A DNA stretch of 55,607 nucleotides from Acidimicrobiales bacterium (GTDB lineage Bacteria > Actinomycetota > Acidimicrobiia > Acidimicrobiales > SHLQ01), in assembly GCA_051011575.1 (NCBI GenBank), contig JBPCTR010000248.1:1-55607 (forward strand), given 5' to 3'. The stretch's first letter is position 1; every line of letters begins with the position of its first letter. This document shows, one piece after another, positions 9,441 to 19,673 of this stretch. Position numbers and translations under genes: made by a program. The notes under the pieces were generated by a model. It was not told the DNA's origin. It made no database searches and saw only the letters and a list, made by a program, of their open reading frames with translations.

Positions 9441-10895
9441 ATGAACGATCGATCGACGAAATCGACCATCTTCAGGGCGTTGGCCCTGGTCGCGACGGCG
9501 ATGCTCCTCGCCGCTGCGTGCGGCGTCGACAATGCCGACTCCGCGACATCCGGGTCCGATTCGGGCGAAGCAGCCGCCACCACAATGGCTCCCGCGGACC
9601 TCAGCACATCGCGCGATGTCGCGACCGACGATGGAGACGCCGACGGAGAGGCGATGGCGGACGCCCCGTCTGACGCCCCGGCCACCTCGTCCGATGACAC
9701 CCTCGGGTCTGGCAGCGCGGTGAACAGCACTCGGACCGCCGCTCAGCTCGGACGCGAGATCATCTTCACCGCGACGGTGTCGGTGGGCGTGGACGATGTG
9801 GAAGCCGCGGGCCGAGAAGCGACCCGCATCATCGAAGAAGTGGGCGGGTTCGTCTTCGGACAGAACACCACGGGCGGCGCCGAAGCGCGTTCCGAGATCA
9901 CGTTCAAGGTGTTCCCCGACGACTTCTCCGAAGCGCTCGAGCGACTCGGCAGCATCGGTGAACTCCGCAACCAGTCGATCACGACCGACGACGTGACCGA
10001 GCGCGTCGTCGACCTCGAAAGCCGGATCACGACCCAGGAACTGGGTGTCGAACGGCTCCGGACCGCGATGGAAGCCGCGACGGATCTCGAAGACTTCGCC
10101 CGACTCGAGCAGCTCCTTCTCTCCCGTGAGAGCGACCTCGAGGTCATGAAGGGGCAACTCCGCACCCTTCGAGACCGCATCGACCTCGCCACCATCACGC
10201 TCGTCCTCAGCCAGGACCGGGTCGACAACAGCATCTCCCTTTTCTTCAGCGTGTACGAGGGTCACGACGGTGGTGTTGGCTGCCCTGGCACATCGACATC
10301 GGACGTCGTCTTCGAAGAGGGCGCTCAGGTCACGATGTGTTTCGATGTTCGGAACCAGGGCGATCAAACCCTGACGAACATCGTGCTTAGCGAAACAGTT
10401 CTCGAGATCGACAACGATGATCTGATCGAGGTCTTCGAAAGCCTTGACGAGCTTCGTCCCGGCGAATCCGCCATCGCCGCCTACGAGTTCACGCCCGAGC
10501 GCGACCAACGCCTGCGCCTCTCGGTCAGCGCCGTCCCCACCGATGGTGTCAGCTCCGACGCGGTCGGGCCGGCCGTGCGAGCGAGTGGCACGCCGGTGAT
10601 CCGGGTGGTCGAGGCATCGACCGATCCCGGCTTCGGCGACGGATTCGACGTAGCGGTCGGAGTCCTCGCCGCCCTCTGGACCGCAGTCACCGTGAGCGCC
10701 GGGTTCATCGTGCCGATGTTGCTCCTCCTCCCCCTCGTCTGGCTCGCGTGGTTCGGTATCCGAGGCTTCCGGGGTCGTCAGGAAGCGAAGCGCATCGCGA
10801 ACCAGCCGCCCCCTCCGCAGCACGAACGCACGTCGGCGTCGTACGAGGACGAGAACTCGGACGACGAAGACGTCGACGCGACGGCTGACGACTGA
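9441..10895 (+). CDS. DUF4349-domain lipoprotein with a C-terminal TM anchor
   Basis: The start MNDRSTKSTIFRALALVATAMLLAAAC is a lipobox-type signal. The central block EIIFTATVSVGVDDVEAAGREATRIIEEVGGFVFGQN...ITFKVFPDDFSEALERLGSIGEL...DLESRI...L matches my recollection of DUF4349. There is a hydrophobic C-terminal segment FIVPMLLLLPLVWLAWFGI. Confidence 0.7.
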   Translation: MNDRSTKSTIFRALALVATAMLLAAACGVDNADSATSGSDSGEAAATTMAPADLSTSRDVATDDGDADGEAMADAPSDAPATSSDDTLGSGSAVNSTRTAAQLGREIIFTATVSVGVDDVEAAGREATRIIEEVGGFVFGQNTTGGAEARSEITFKVFPDDFSEALERLGSIGELRNQSITTDDVTERVVDLESRITTQELGVERLRTAMEAATDLEDFARLEQLLLSRESDLEVMKGQLRTLRDRIDLATITLVLSQDRVDNSISLFFSVYEGHDGGVGCPGTSTSDVVFEEGAQVTMCFDVRNQGDQTLTNIVLSETVLEIDNDDLIEVFESLDELRPGESAIAAYEFTPERDQRLRLSVSAVPTDGVSSDAVGPAVRASGTPVIRVVEASTDPGFGDGFDVAVGVLAALWTAVTVSAGFIVPMLLLLPLVWLAWFGIRGFRGRQEAKRIANQPPPPQHERTSASYEDENSDDEDVDATADD

Positions 10896-10935
10896 CCCCG
10901 ACTGCACCGACGACCGACGGGCCTAGCCTGTCCGG

Positions 10936-11487
10936 ATGGTTTCGCGCATTCGAGTCCCGAACACGTTCGGACCGCTCGACGACGCCGTCGACCATGCCTG
11001 GGACGGGCTCCGCTCCGACCCGGTGGCGAACCGCGTGTTTTATGCAGCGTCGGAGGCGGCCAACTTCTCGATGATCTGGCACGTTCTTGGTATCGCCAAG
11101 GCTGTGGCCACAGGCGACGTCCGATCGGCGATCCGCACGAGCGCGGCGCTGGGAGCCGAATCGGCGATCGTGAACGGCCCGATCAAATCGATCTTTGAAC
11201 GGGAGCGCCCCGATGTCGACGCATCGGAGCGACCGCACCGCCTGCGCCAACCGAGAACGTCAAGCTTTCCGAGCGGACACGCGAGCGCCGCAGTTGTCGC
11301 GGCGTCGTTTCTCGGCGAGGGACTATCGCGGCGATGGCGATTGCCACTCCACGGACTTGCTGCCATCGTGTCGACCAGCCGGATTCACGTTCGCATCCAT
11401 CACGCCACCGACGTGGCTGCGGGTGCGGCGGTGGGCTGGGGCCTGGCGCGGTTGCTGCGCCCGGTGTTGCGCAGCGTGATCGACTGA
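10936..11487 (+). CDS. PAP2-family phosphatase (phosphatidic acid phosphatase type 2 superfamily)
   Basis: The three PAP2 motifs occur in order: KSIFERERP, SFPSGHASAA and SRIHVRIHHATDVAAGA. Confidence 0.75.
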   Translation: MVSRIRVPNTFGPLDDAVDHAWDGLRSDPVANRVFYAASEAANFSMIWHVLGIAKAVATGDVRSAIRTSAALGAESAIVNGPIKSIFERERPDVDASERPHRLRQPRTSSFPSGHASAAVVAASFLGEGLSRRWRLPLHGLAAIVSTSRIHVRIHHATDVAAGAAVGWGLARLLRPVLRSVID

Positions 11488-11494
11488 CCGAGGG

Positions 11495-11704
11495 TCAGGC
11501 GACGGGCGAGGCCGGCTCGGAGAAGGCGTCGAACGGAATCCCACCCTCGGCTCGTTCGGCTGCCGATGCAAGCAGTACTCGGACATCGAGAAGCAGGTCG
11601 GCGACCTCGGACGTACTCATCAGCTCACGTGAGGTGAGATGACCGAGCCCTTCGTCGATCAGCGCCAGCGCTTCGTCGACATTCACGTCCTTCGTGTCGG
11701 TCAC
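11495..11704 (-). CDS. Small acidic hypothetical protein (69 aa)
   Basis: GTG 11702-11704 is preceded by GAAAGGGTGAAGAA (SD-like). GC-rich third positions; no family recognised. Confidence 0.4.
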   Translation of the reverse strand: MTDTKDVNVDEALALIDEGLGHLTSRELMSTSEVADLLLDVRVLLASAAERAEGGIPFDAFSEPASPVA

Positions 11705-11886
11705 TTCTTCACCCTTTCGTGGTGGTCGTCCATGTGGTTGAACCACTGCAACTCGGAATGTGTTCCTGTCCTCACCGTATCCTTATGCTCGGCTGAGCGG
11801 GCACCGCGATCGCGGCTTTTCCGGATCGACTGCCTCGGCCATAGTCTTGTCCGACTCCCGCCCAATCTCCAAAACGAGGTCGAACG

Positions 11887-12666
11887 ATGGATGTGCAGGA
11901 TGCCATATGTGTGGTCACGGGAGGGGCGGCCGGAATCGGCCGGGCGCTTGCAGCTCGGTTCGTGACCGAGGGCGCCAAAGCCGTCGTTATTGCCGACATC
12001 GTGGCTGGTGAGCTCGACCGAACCGCCTCGGCGATCGGTGCGCACGCCATCGTTACCGACGTGTCGAAGGAAGCCGAGATCGAGAAGCTCATCACCGACA
12101 CCGAAGAGCGATTCGGTCCGATCGATCTGTTCGTAGCCAACGCCGGGATCGGTGGACATCCGGGCGGGGTCGAGGTGCCAGACGAAGAGTGGCAGCGCAT
12201 TTGGGAGATCAATGTGATGCAACACATATGGACGGCGCGTCACATGGTGCCCCGTTGGACGGAACGGGGCGGCGGCTATCTACTCACGACGGCGTCGGCT
12301 GCCGGACTCCTGTCGAATCTCGGGACCGCGCCGTACACGGTCACCAAACATGGTGCCGTCGCGATTGCCGAGTGGCTGTCGATCACTCATGCCGACGACA
12401 ACATTCGGGTGTCGGTGCTCTGCCCCCAAGGAGTACGCACGGCGATGACCGAAGGCGATGATCCGGCCGTGACGAACGTGGTAGCACAGGGCCTCATCGA
12501 ACCCGACGACGTTGCCGACGCCGTCATCGTGGGCCTTGCCGACGAGCGGTTCCACATTCTCCCCCATCCCGAGGTGGCCAAGTACGTGGCCCACAAGGGT
12601 GCCGACATCGAGAGTTGGCTTGCTGCCATGCGCAAGCTTCAGCGCCGATTCTTCGGCGGCGCGTGA
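11887..12666 (+). CDS. Short-chain dehydrogenase/reductase (SDR) family oxidoreductase
   Basis: VVTGGAAGIGRALA cofactor motif, NAGI, and a catalytic YxxxK context (APYTVTKHGAVAIAEW). Confidence 0.85.
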   Translation: MDVQDAICVVTGGAAGIGRALAARFVTEGAKAVVIADIVAGELDRTASAIGAHAIVTDVSKEAEIEKLITDTEERFGPIDLFVANAGIGGHPGGVEVPDEEWQRIWEINVMQHIWTARHMVPRWTERGGGYLLTTASAAGLLSNLGTAPYTVTKHGAVAIAEWLSITHADDNIRVSVLCPQGVRTAMTEGDDPAVTNVVAQGLIEPDDVADAVIVGLADERFHILPHPEVAKYVAHKGADIESWLAAMRKLQRRFFGGA

Positions 12667-13319
12667 CAAACTTCGTCCCGCTGCGGCTTCGACGCACACA
12701 CCAGGCGACACCGGTCGGGTCGCGGGCCGAACTAAACCAACCGGCGACGTACTCGAAGCAACGGTGGGCCGATGTGGTCGAGGGCGCTGGCTTCGGGATC
12801 GACGGCACAAGACTCCACTCGCTTGCGGACACGGTGCGACCCGGCATGACGATGCTCGTATGCGGCCTCAATCCATCTCCGGCCTCGAGCGACGCAGGCG
12901 TGGGATTCGCGCGACCCGGCAACCGGTTCTGGCCAGCCGCTATGGCGGCCGGAATGACAGACATCGACCGCGACCCCGACGCGTTGCTCGCTCGTGGTGT
13001 TGGGATGACCGACCTCGTCAAGCGCACGACGCGGCGAGCCGACGCGCTCGCTCACCGCGAGTACGAACACGGCGTCGCCCGAGTCGAGCGCCTCGTGGAA
13101 TGGCTGCAGCCGGGCGTCGTGTGTTTCGTCGGTCTGGCCGGATGGCGGGCTGCCATCGACCGGAAAGCCGTGGCGGGACACCAAGGCACGTCGCTCGGCG
13201 GACGGCCCGCATATGTGATGCCCTCGACGAGCGGCCTGAATGCCAGCGCGCAGCTACCCGACCTGGTCGACCACCTGCGCAGAGCCCATGCGATCGGCAC
13301 GGTTCAAAGCGCCGCCTGA
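12663..13319 (+). CDS. mug: Mismatch-specific uracil/thymine DNA glycosylase (Mug/TDG, UDG family 2-like)
   Basis: LVCGLNPSPASSDAGVGFARPGNRFWPA (the G(I/L)NPS/G motif), GMTDLVKR and VMPSTSGLNA are characteristic. I chose GTG 12663, which forms a GTGA overlap with the SDR stop. Confidence 0.8.
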   Translation: MTNFVPLRLRRTHQATPVGSRAELNQPATYSKQRWADVVEGAGFGIDGTRLHSLADTVRPGMTMLVCGLNPSPASSDAGVGFARPGNRFWPAAMAAGMTDIDRDPDALLARGVGMTDLVKRTTRRADALAHREYEHGVARVERLVEWLQPGVVCFVGLAGWRAAIDRKAVAGHQGTSLGGRPAYVMPSTSGLNASAQLPDLVDHLRRAHAIGTVQSAA

Positions 13320-14200
13320 ACCCGGCCCATCACCTCGATCGTCTCGCGTGCGACGGTCTCATCCGGAGACATGCAGCGCATGACCACCTCGTCGACCCCC
13401 AGATCGGCCAACCCCGAGCACCGTTCAATCGCCTCGTCGACGCCACCGACGATCACCTGATCGAGCCCCAGGCCCCGATAGCCCGCAGCGAAAATTTCAT
13501 CGGCGAGCGAACGCGCGCTGGTCGCATCGTCGAGAACGAGCACATCGCGACGCAGCTTCACCAGCGGATCACGCCCATGGTGAGCGCAGCGCTCCCGGTA
13601 GCGATCGATCCGCTCGGCGATCGCGGCGAAGGGAAGGCCGGGGCTCGCATACCACGCATGTCCTTCCCGAGCGGCCCGATCGAGCGCCACATCGGCGCCG
13701 GCACCGACCCACCACTCGACCGGCTCGGGTGGGAGAAGCCCAACCCGGCCTCCGTCCACTCCGAACATCGGCGAGTCGACCCGTTCCCCTCGGAGTAGCG
13801 CCTTAATCACTCGAATCGACTCGTCCAGCCGAGCTCCACGATCCTGGCGTCGGGCGCCGAATGCCACGAACTGCTCGTCGCCAGATCCGATACCGCTCTG
13901 CACGATGAACGGTCCGTCATGGGTGGCCGCCAAGGTTCCGATGTGCTCGGCAGCGAGCACCGGATTCCACAACGGGAGCAGAAACAACGCGCCGGCCGGA
14001 CGGCCCGGCCACTCTGCGAGAAGGCGGCCGAGCATCGGCGTGTTCTGCACGTAGGGGTACGGCATGTTGTGGTGGTCGCCCACCGTCATCGACGACAAGC
14101 CGGCTTCGTGCGCAGCGCGCACGCGGCCGATCATGGCGTTCGGCCCCGACCGCGGATTGCTCCCTTTGTGCGTCGAAGAAACCGACAGGCCGATGTTCAC
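13304..14200 (-). CDS. LLM-class (luciferase-like) flavin/F420-dependent oxidoreductase
   Basis: TIM-barrel LLM pattern: MNIGLSV...AHEAGLSSMTVGDHH....LLAEWPG...FLLPLWNPVLAAEHIGTLA. The cofactor cannot be decided from sequence. Confidence 0.8.
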   Translation of the reverse strand: MNIGLSVSSTHKGSNPRSGPNAMIGRVRAAHEAGLSSMTVGDHHNMPYPYVQNTPMLGRLLAEWPGRPAGALFLLPLWNPVLAAEHIGTLAATHDGPFIVQSGIGSGDEQFVAFGARRQDRGARLDESIRVIKALLRGERVDSPMFGVDGGRVGLLPPEPVEWWVGAGADVALDRAAREGHAWYASPGLPFAAIAERIDRYRERCAHHGRDPLVKLRRDVLVLDDATSARSLADEIFAAGYRGLGLDQVIVGGVDEAIERCSGLADLGVDEVVMRCMSPDETVARETIEVMGRVQAAL

Positions 14201-14210
14201 GAATTCGGAT

Positions 14211-15566
14211 CTACAGGACTGGTACGGCGGCCATGGCTTCGGCGATGTCCTCCTGGGAAAGGTCGAGATCCTCGATCGACCCCGAGAGGAAGGCCTCGTA
14301 GCTCGCGAGGTCGAGGTGACCGTGGCCGCAGAGCGCGGTGAGGATCACCTTCTCCTCGCCGGCTTCCTTGCATCGCACTGCCTCGCGCACGGCGGCGGCG
14401 ATCGCATGAGTCGGCTCGGGAGCCGGAATGATCCCCTCGGCACGAGCGAACTGAAGGGCCCCGGTGAAGCACTCGACCTGCGGGATCGACTCGGCCTCGA
14501 CGAGACCCAGCTCGTAGATATGACTCACGAGGGGGCTCATGCCGTGGTAGCGAAGGCCGCCGGCGTGGATCGGGTCGGGAATGAACCCGTGGCCGAGCGT
14601 GTGCATCTTCATGAGCGGAGTCATACCCGCGGTGTCACCGAAGTCGTAGCGGTACTCGCCCTGGGTGAGGCTCGGGCACGCAGCCGGTTCTACGCAGCGG
14701 ATCGTGGGATTGATGTTGCCCTTGAGCTTCTCGCGCAGGAACGGGAACGAGAGGCCACCAAAATTCGAGCCACCGCCCGTACATCCGACGAGGATGTCGG
14801 GCGTCTCGCCCGCCATCTGCATCTGCAGCAAGGCCTCCTCGCCAATGATCGTCTGATGCATGAGTACGTGGTTGAGCACGCTGCCGAGGGAGTAGCGAAC
14901 GTCGTCGTGGGGAGCTGCTTCCGACACGGCTTCGGAGATGGCGATACCGAGGCTGCCGGGATGGTCGGGGTTCTCGGCGAGCAGCGACCGCCCGAACTCG
15001 GTCGCGTCGCTGGGGCTTGGATGTACCTCGGCGCCCCACACCTCCATCATCGTCTTGCGGTGGGGCTTCTGGCGGTAGCTCGCGGCCACCTGCCACACCT
15101 CACACTCGAGTCCGAACTGAGCACACGCAAACGCAAGAGATGAACCCCATTGGCCCGCGCCGGTCTCGGTGGTGAGCTTCCGGACGCCGGCTTTGGCGTT
15201 GTAGTAGGCCTGCGGAACCGACGTATTCGGCTTGTGCGAACCGGCGGGACTCACGCCCTCATACTTGTAGAAGATCTTGGCGGGCGTATCGAGCATCTTC
15301 TCGAGCCGGTGGGCCCGGAAGAGCGGAGTGGGCCTCCACAGCCGATACACGTCGAGAACCTCGCCGGGAATGTCGACATAGGAGTCCTGTGTGACCTCCT
15401 GCATGATGAGGTCCATCGGAAACAGCGGGGCGAAGTCGTCGGGCCCGGCAGGCTCGAGTGTGCCCGGATGAAGCGCGGGCGGCGGCGGCTCGGGCAGGTC
15501 GGGAATGACGTTGTACCACTGCGTGGGCATGTCAGATTCGGGCAGTAGGTACTTGTGTTGCGCCAT
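14211..15566 (-). CDS. TrpB-like PLP-dependent enzyme (tryptophan synthase beta, TrpB2 type), not within a trp operon
   Basis: MAQHKYLLPESDMPTQWYNVIPDLP...LFRAHRLEK....KIFYKYEGVSPAGSHKPNT..., GGGSNFGG and about 450 aa are typical of long-form TrpB2. Start ATG 15564-15566. Confidence 0.85.
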   Translation of the reverse strand: MAQHKYLLPESDMPTQWYNVIPDLPEPPPPALHPGTLEPAGPDDFAPLFPMDLIMQEVTQDSYVDIPGEVLDVYRLWRPTPLFRAHRLEKMLDTPAKIFYKYEGVSPAGSHKPNTSVPQAYYNAKAGVRKLTTETGAGQWGSSLAFACAQFGLECEVWQVAASYRQKPHRKTMMEVWGAEVHPSPSDATEFGRSLLAENPDHPGSLGIAISEAVSEAAPHDDVRYSLGSVLNHVLMHQTIIGEEALLQMQMAGETPDILVGCTGGGSNFGGLSFPFLREKLKGNINPTIRCVEPAACPSLTQGEYRYDFGDTAGMTPLMKMHTLGHGFIPDPIHAGGLRYHGMSPLVSHIYELGLVEAESIPQVECFTGALQFARAEGIIPAPEPTHAIAAAVREAVRCKEAGEEKVILTALCGHGHLDLASYEAFLSGSIEDLDLSQEDIAEAMAAVPVL

Positions 15567-15680
15567 CGGCGGATCCCCCTGGAACGTTGTGTTGCGAAGC
15601 GCCAAGTGTCGCTCAAGAAACCTCACACTGTCGAGCGGTCGCCAGACGACGTCGATACCGTCGCCCGCCCGACGGAGGGC

Positions 15681-16340
15681 TCAGTTCAGGACTCGAACGT
15701 CGTTCACAAGGTCCACGATCCCGAGGATCGTGAGCGCGACCATGCCTGCCCACACGACCAGGTGCCCGGCGAGACCGGCGGGCCGAGAATCGATGGCGGG
15801 ACCGAGATTGGGCGCAAGTCGATCGTGGTGAACGATGCGGTCGGCGACGAGTACCACCGTGGCTGCCCATGCTGCGGGGAGGAAGACGAAGAGTCCGACC
15901 GTGAGCCACAGCGGTTCCAGTAGGCGGAAATCGACACCGTCGGTGTGCACGAGCGTGGCACCGGCCGACGCGCCGACTGCCACCGCCGCCCCAGCGGCGA
16001 GCGTGCGTGGCGACGACCGCGGCAACATGCGAAAGAACCCTCCGAACGCGCCGACGAATCCGCCGACCACCGTCATTGCGGCGATGAGGAAGATTGTGTT
16101 GCCCGAGATGATGCCGATCTCGAACCCGTCATCCGACGTGAGACCGCGAACCCGGTCGCCGCTCGTGAGGAACACAATGCGCATCGCGATTCGTCCGCCG
16201 ATGCCACCCCACACGAAACCGGCCAGCGCGCCGGCTACCGCACACGCCGAGAAGTGGGCAGTTGCAGCGAGCGCGATGTCGACACTGGGGCGAGGCGCGG
16301 CCGCTCGGGGAGGAGGTGGAACATGGATCGGCGTCCCCAT
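15681..16340 (-). CDS. Hypothetical integral membrane protein
   Basis: Several hydrophobic spans (ALAGFVWGGIGGRIAMRIVFL, IFLIAAMTVVGGFVGAFGGFF, LWLTVGLFVFLPAAWAATVVLV). ATG 16338-16340 avoids overlap with the upstream RND gene. No family recognised. Confidence 0.55.
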   Translation of the reverse strand: MGTPIHVPPPPRAAAPRPSVDIALAATAHFSACAVAGALAGFVWGGIGGRIAMRIVFLTSGDRVRGLTSDDGFEIGIISGNTIFLIAAMTVVGGFVGAFGGFFRMLPRSSPRTLAAGAAVAVGASAGATLVHTDGVDFRLLEPLWLTVGLFVFLPAAWAATVVLVADRIVHHDRLAPNLGPAIDSRPAGLAGHLVVWAGMVALTILGIVDLVNDVRVLN

Positions 16341-16378
16341 CCCTCGATCATGCGCCTGCGGCCAAAGAAACTCCAGCG

Positions 16379-19081
16379 TCAGACGGTGGCCGGCTCCGGG
16401 ATCGCGCGTGCGGCATCGTCGGGATCTTCGTCCGGTCGCGGCGCGGCGTCGCGGCCACGACGCCAAGGCGTGTGGATCCTGTCACGAAGCGCTTCGACCG
16501 CGAGGTAGTAATACGGGAACGACACGATCACGAGGAACGTGCTCGACAACAGGCCAAAGATGATCGTGAACGCGAGGCCCTCCCAGAACGGGTCGGACAG
16601 TGCAAGGGGAAGCAGGCCGGCCACCGTCGTGAGCGAGGTGGCGACGAGCGGACGGAACCGCTGCTGCACTGCGTTGCGGATCGCCGTCTTGCGATCGTGT
16701 CCGGCATCTCGCTCCTGATTGGCGAAGTCGACGAGCAGGATCGTGTTGTTCACAGCGATACCGATCAAACCGATGAGGCCGAGCATCACGAAGAAGCTGA
16801 GCACGTTGTCGGTGATCAACAGCCCCGCAAACACCCCGAAGAAGCTGAATGGGATCGCGAGGAACACGAGCAACCATTGCACCGTGCTGCGGAACTGAAT
16901 CACCAGCAACACGAGCATCGCGAGCAGGGCCACACCGAACCCGATCGGCAGCGTGGCGAACGACTCCTGGTTGTCGGATTCGAGTCCGAAGTCGAAGCCG
17001 AGCGCATCGTCGGCCAGGCCCAGATCGGCCAGATCGGCCGCGGTGTAGTTGTCCTCGAAGTAGGTCTGGCCGGCGGAGGTCACGCTCGTGACCGAATCGT
17101 CATCAAATCGTGCGCGGACCTCGACGAACAGGCGTCCGTCTTCGCGTGCCACCACGTCGTCGAGCGCAACGTCGGTCTCGAGGACCGTGGCGATGTCGCC
17201 GTTGCCGAGCTCGAGTTCACGGCCGTCGAGGTCCTGCCGCAGTGTTTCGGCGGCGTCGACAAGCGTGGCTGGGTCCTCGCCGAACACCTGCATGGTGAAC
17301 GGGAAGAGAAGCTCGGGCGGGCCGTTCGAAATGACCGAGAACACCACCCGCGCGTCGTCGCGGGCGTCGGCGATGGGCTCGAGTTCCTCGACCAGCTCGT
17401 GGACGGTGGGGCGATCGCCGATGGGCGTGAGATTGTACTGGGCGAGCGCCGAGCGGTTGTCGCCAATGTAGAGGTAGCCGAGTTCAAGCTCGGCTCCGAG
17501 CGAATCGGCCGCGGCCTGGTTCACGTCGAGCGCGATCTCCTTGGCCTCTTCGATGTCGGTTCCCGGCTCATAGGTGATCTCGAGCGCAATATTTATTGAG
17601 TCCTTCGACTGCGGGAATATGTTGAAGCCGACCTGCGGCGCCAGTACGGCGACACCAACGAAGAACAGCAGGATGCTGAGCAGGAAGCCGGCGACGCCGA
17701 TCGCCAGGCCCTTGCCGCCGCGTACGCCGGGAAGCGAGGAGATTCGGTCGGCGACCCACGCTTCGGCTCTGTTGAGGGGTCCGTTGGGCCGCGGGGCCCG
17801 GAGCACCAGGAACCGCGAAGCCACGGGAATGAAGATCAGGGACAGGAGCAGCGAGATCGTGAGCGAGATGATCACGGTGATCGGCAGGATTCGTATGAAC
17901 CCGCCGAGGATTCCGCCGATGAGCAGCATGGGAGCGAAGACCAGGACGGTCGTGAGCGTGCCAGACACGCTGGCGCTACCGACTCGGGTGATCGCGCGAC
18001 GGATCACGCCGAGGTCGTTCGCCGAGTCGGTGTCGTCGTCGCGGAACGCATCGATCGCCTCTGTGATCACGATGGCGTCGTCGACGAACAGGCCCAGAGC
18101 CAGGATGAGTGCGAACAGCGAGATCGTGTTCAACGAGATCCCGACGAGATAGAGCGCACCCACCGACGCGGCGAGCACCGTGAGGATGAAGAGCGCGGTG
18201 ATGACCGACGCTCGCCACGAGATCCAGAGCAGGGCGATGATCGCCACCGCCACGATGCCGGTGAGCACGTTGCCCTGTAGTGAGCTGATCTGCTGGCGCA
18301 CGAGGGTGGCGAAGTCGATCGCCACGACCGCCTCGAAGCCATCTGGCAGGTTGGCGCGGGCGCGGTCGAGGGCGTCGTCGGTTGCATCTCGGATGCCGAG
18401 GGCATCGACGTCGGGACTGGCCTTCACGCCGATCGCGATGCTCGGGCGGAAGACACCATCGGTGCCGGTGAGCTGGTTGAAGCTGTCCTCGAGCACGACG
18501 GTCTCACCCGTTTCCGGGTTGATACCGCTGTCGAAGAGATCCTCGACCTCTGCCGATGCGATATCGGGGTGAGTGATGTCCGCCACGATCGCGTTCGCGG
18601 CCCCCTCGAGCTCTTCGCCACTGGTCTCGGTCGTGCCGTATACACCGATGAGCAGGTCGTAGCCCTCTTCGAGGAACTTCGAGGCATCGATCGACTGGGT
18701 GAAGAGCTGGGCCTCGGCCGGGAGATCGACGCTCGCGGCGGCCTCGTCGATCACCGCGGCGCCTTCCACGCTCGTGACTCCGTCTTCGAGGTTGGCGATC
18801 ACCGAGAAGGACGATGCTCGGCTGAAGCTCAGCACGCTCTCGACCTCCGGGCGGGCGAGCACGGCGGCGGCGAGGGGGTCGGCGACCTCCGCGTCGACGC
18901 GATCGGCATCGTCGACGAAATAGCCGCCGGCACCTATCGAGACCGGCACATCGACGGGCGGAAAGCCCTCACGAGGGAGAAGAAACAGGTACGACGTGAC
19001 GCCGAAGACAAGCACGACAAACCACGCGATGATCGACCCTCGCGGTCGGGACGCGAACACATTGACGAACCTGGCGAGCAC
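16379..19081 (-). CDS. RND-superfamily efflux transporter permease (AcrB-like)
   Basis: The 900-aa product shows the duplicated pattern of TM1, large loop and a TM cluster. The N-terminus MLARFVNVFASRPRGSIIAWFVVLVFGVTSYLFLLPREGFPPVDVP resembles AcrB N-termini. There is no adjacent membrane-fusion or outer-membrane gene. Confidence 0.85.
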   Translation of the reverse strand: MLARFVNVFASRPRGSIIAWFVVLVFGVTSYLFLLPREGFPPVDVPVSIGAGGYFVDDADRVDAEVADPLAAAVLARPEVESVLSFSRASSFSVIANLEDGVTSVEGAAVIDEAAASVDLPAEAQLFTQSIDASKFLEEGYDLLIGVYGTTETSGEELEGAANAIVADITHPDIASAEVEDLFDSGINPETGETVVLEDSFNQLTGTDGVFRPSIAIGVKASPDVDALGIRDATDDALDRARANLPDGFEAVVAIDFATLVRQQISSLQGNVLTGIVAVAIIALLWISWRASVITALFILTVLAASVGALYLVGISLNTISLFALILALGLFVDDAIVITEAIDAFRDDDTDSANDLGVIRRAITRVGSASVSGTLTTVLVFAPMLLIGGILGGFIRILPITVIISLTISLLLSLIFIPVASRFLVLRAPRPNGPLNRAEAWVADRISSLPGVRGGKGLAIGVAGFLLSILLFFVGVAVLAPQVGFNIFPQSKDSINIALEITYEPGTDIEEAKEIALDVNQAAADSLGAELELGYLYIGDNRSALAQYNLTPIGDRPTVHELVEELEPIADARDDARVVFSVISNGPPELLFPFTMQVFGEDPATLVDAAETLRQDLDGRELELGNGDIATVLETDVALDDVVAREDGRLFVEVRARFDDDSVTSVTSAGQTYFEDNYTAADLADLGLADDALGFDFGLESDNQESFATLPIGFGVALLAMLVLLVIQFRSTVQWLLVFLAIPFSFFGVFAGLLITDNVLSFFVMLGLIGLIGIAVNNTILLVDFANQERDAGHDRKTAIRNAVQQRFRPLVATSLTTVAGLLPLALSDPFWEGLAFTIIFGLLSSTFLVIVSFPYYYLAVEALRDRIHTPWRRGRDAAPRPDEDPDDAARAIPEPATV

Positions 19082-19184
19082 CGCGGACCTCCTCGATGGG
19101 GCGCCTTACAGCGTATGCATTTGCCGCCGAGCGAGGCTGCTCAAACGGTCCGACAGGTGTCACACCGCGAGGGTCACCCTGGCG

Positions 19185-19643
19185 TCAGCCGAGCGCGGAC
19201 CCCACGGCGGCTGAAACCGTACGTCCATCGGCGCGTCCGGCGGCCCGGGCCATCACGTCCTTGATCGCGGCGCCCATGTCCTTCTTCGTTTCGTATCCGC
19301 CTTCGGCGATCACGGCCTGCACGATCGCGTCGAGCTCTTCGGCGCTGAGGGGTTCGGGCAGGTACTCCTGCAGCACCTCGCGTTCTGCGACCTCGTTCGC
19401 CGCCCGCTCTGCTTCGCCGGCATCTGTGAAGATCTCTGCCGCCTCCGTACGCTGTTTCACCTCGGTGGCGATGAGTTTCTGCACGGCCTCATCGGTGAGG
19501 TCACCGCCGCCGCCCTCCGAGGTCTGCGCGGTCTTCACCGCGGTGATCACAGCACGGAGAGTGGTCTTTCGAACGTCGTCACCAGCCTTCATCGCGGCGA
19601 CAAGATCATTCTGGAGGGTGTCGGTGAGGGCCATGGGAATCAT
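19185..19643 (-). CDS. GatB/YqeY domain-containing protein
   Basis: LTDTLQNDLVAAMKAGDDVRKTTLRAVITAVK......LTDEAVQKLIATEVKQRTEAAEIF and the C-terminal KDMGAAIKDVM are the YqeY signature. ATG 19641-19643 is preceded by AAGGGG. Confidence 0.85.
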   Translation of the reverse strand: MIPMALTDTLQNDLVAAMKAGDDVRKTTLRAVITAVKTAQTSEGGGGDLTDEAVQKLIATEVKQRTEAAEIFTDAGEAERAANEVAEREVLQEYLPEPLSAEELDAIVQAVIAEGGYETKKDMGAAIKDVMARAAGRADGRTVSAAVGSALG

Positions 19644-19673
19644 GGTGTCACACCCCTTGTTCATACTGATGAC

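Noticed and set aside
9270-10907. 545-aa ORF antisense to the DUF4349 gene
   Set aside because: It is a shadow frame. The plus-strand frame has a lipoprotein signal, a recognisable domain and a TM anchor.
12512-17599. Long plus-strand ORFs 12512-13798, 14064-15143 and 16262-17599
   Set aside because: Each runs antisense to, or out of frame with, a confidently identified gene (mug/LLM, TrpB2, RND permease). Their composition is typical of shadow ORFs.
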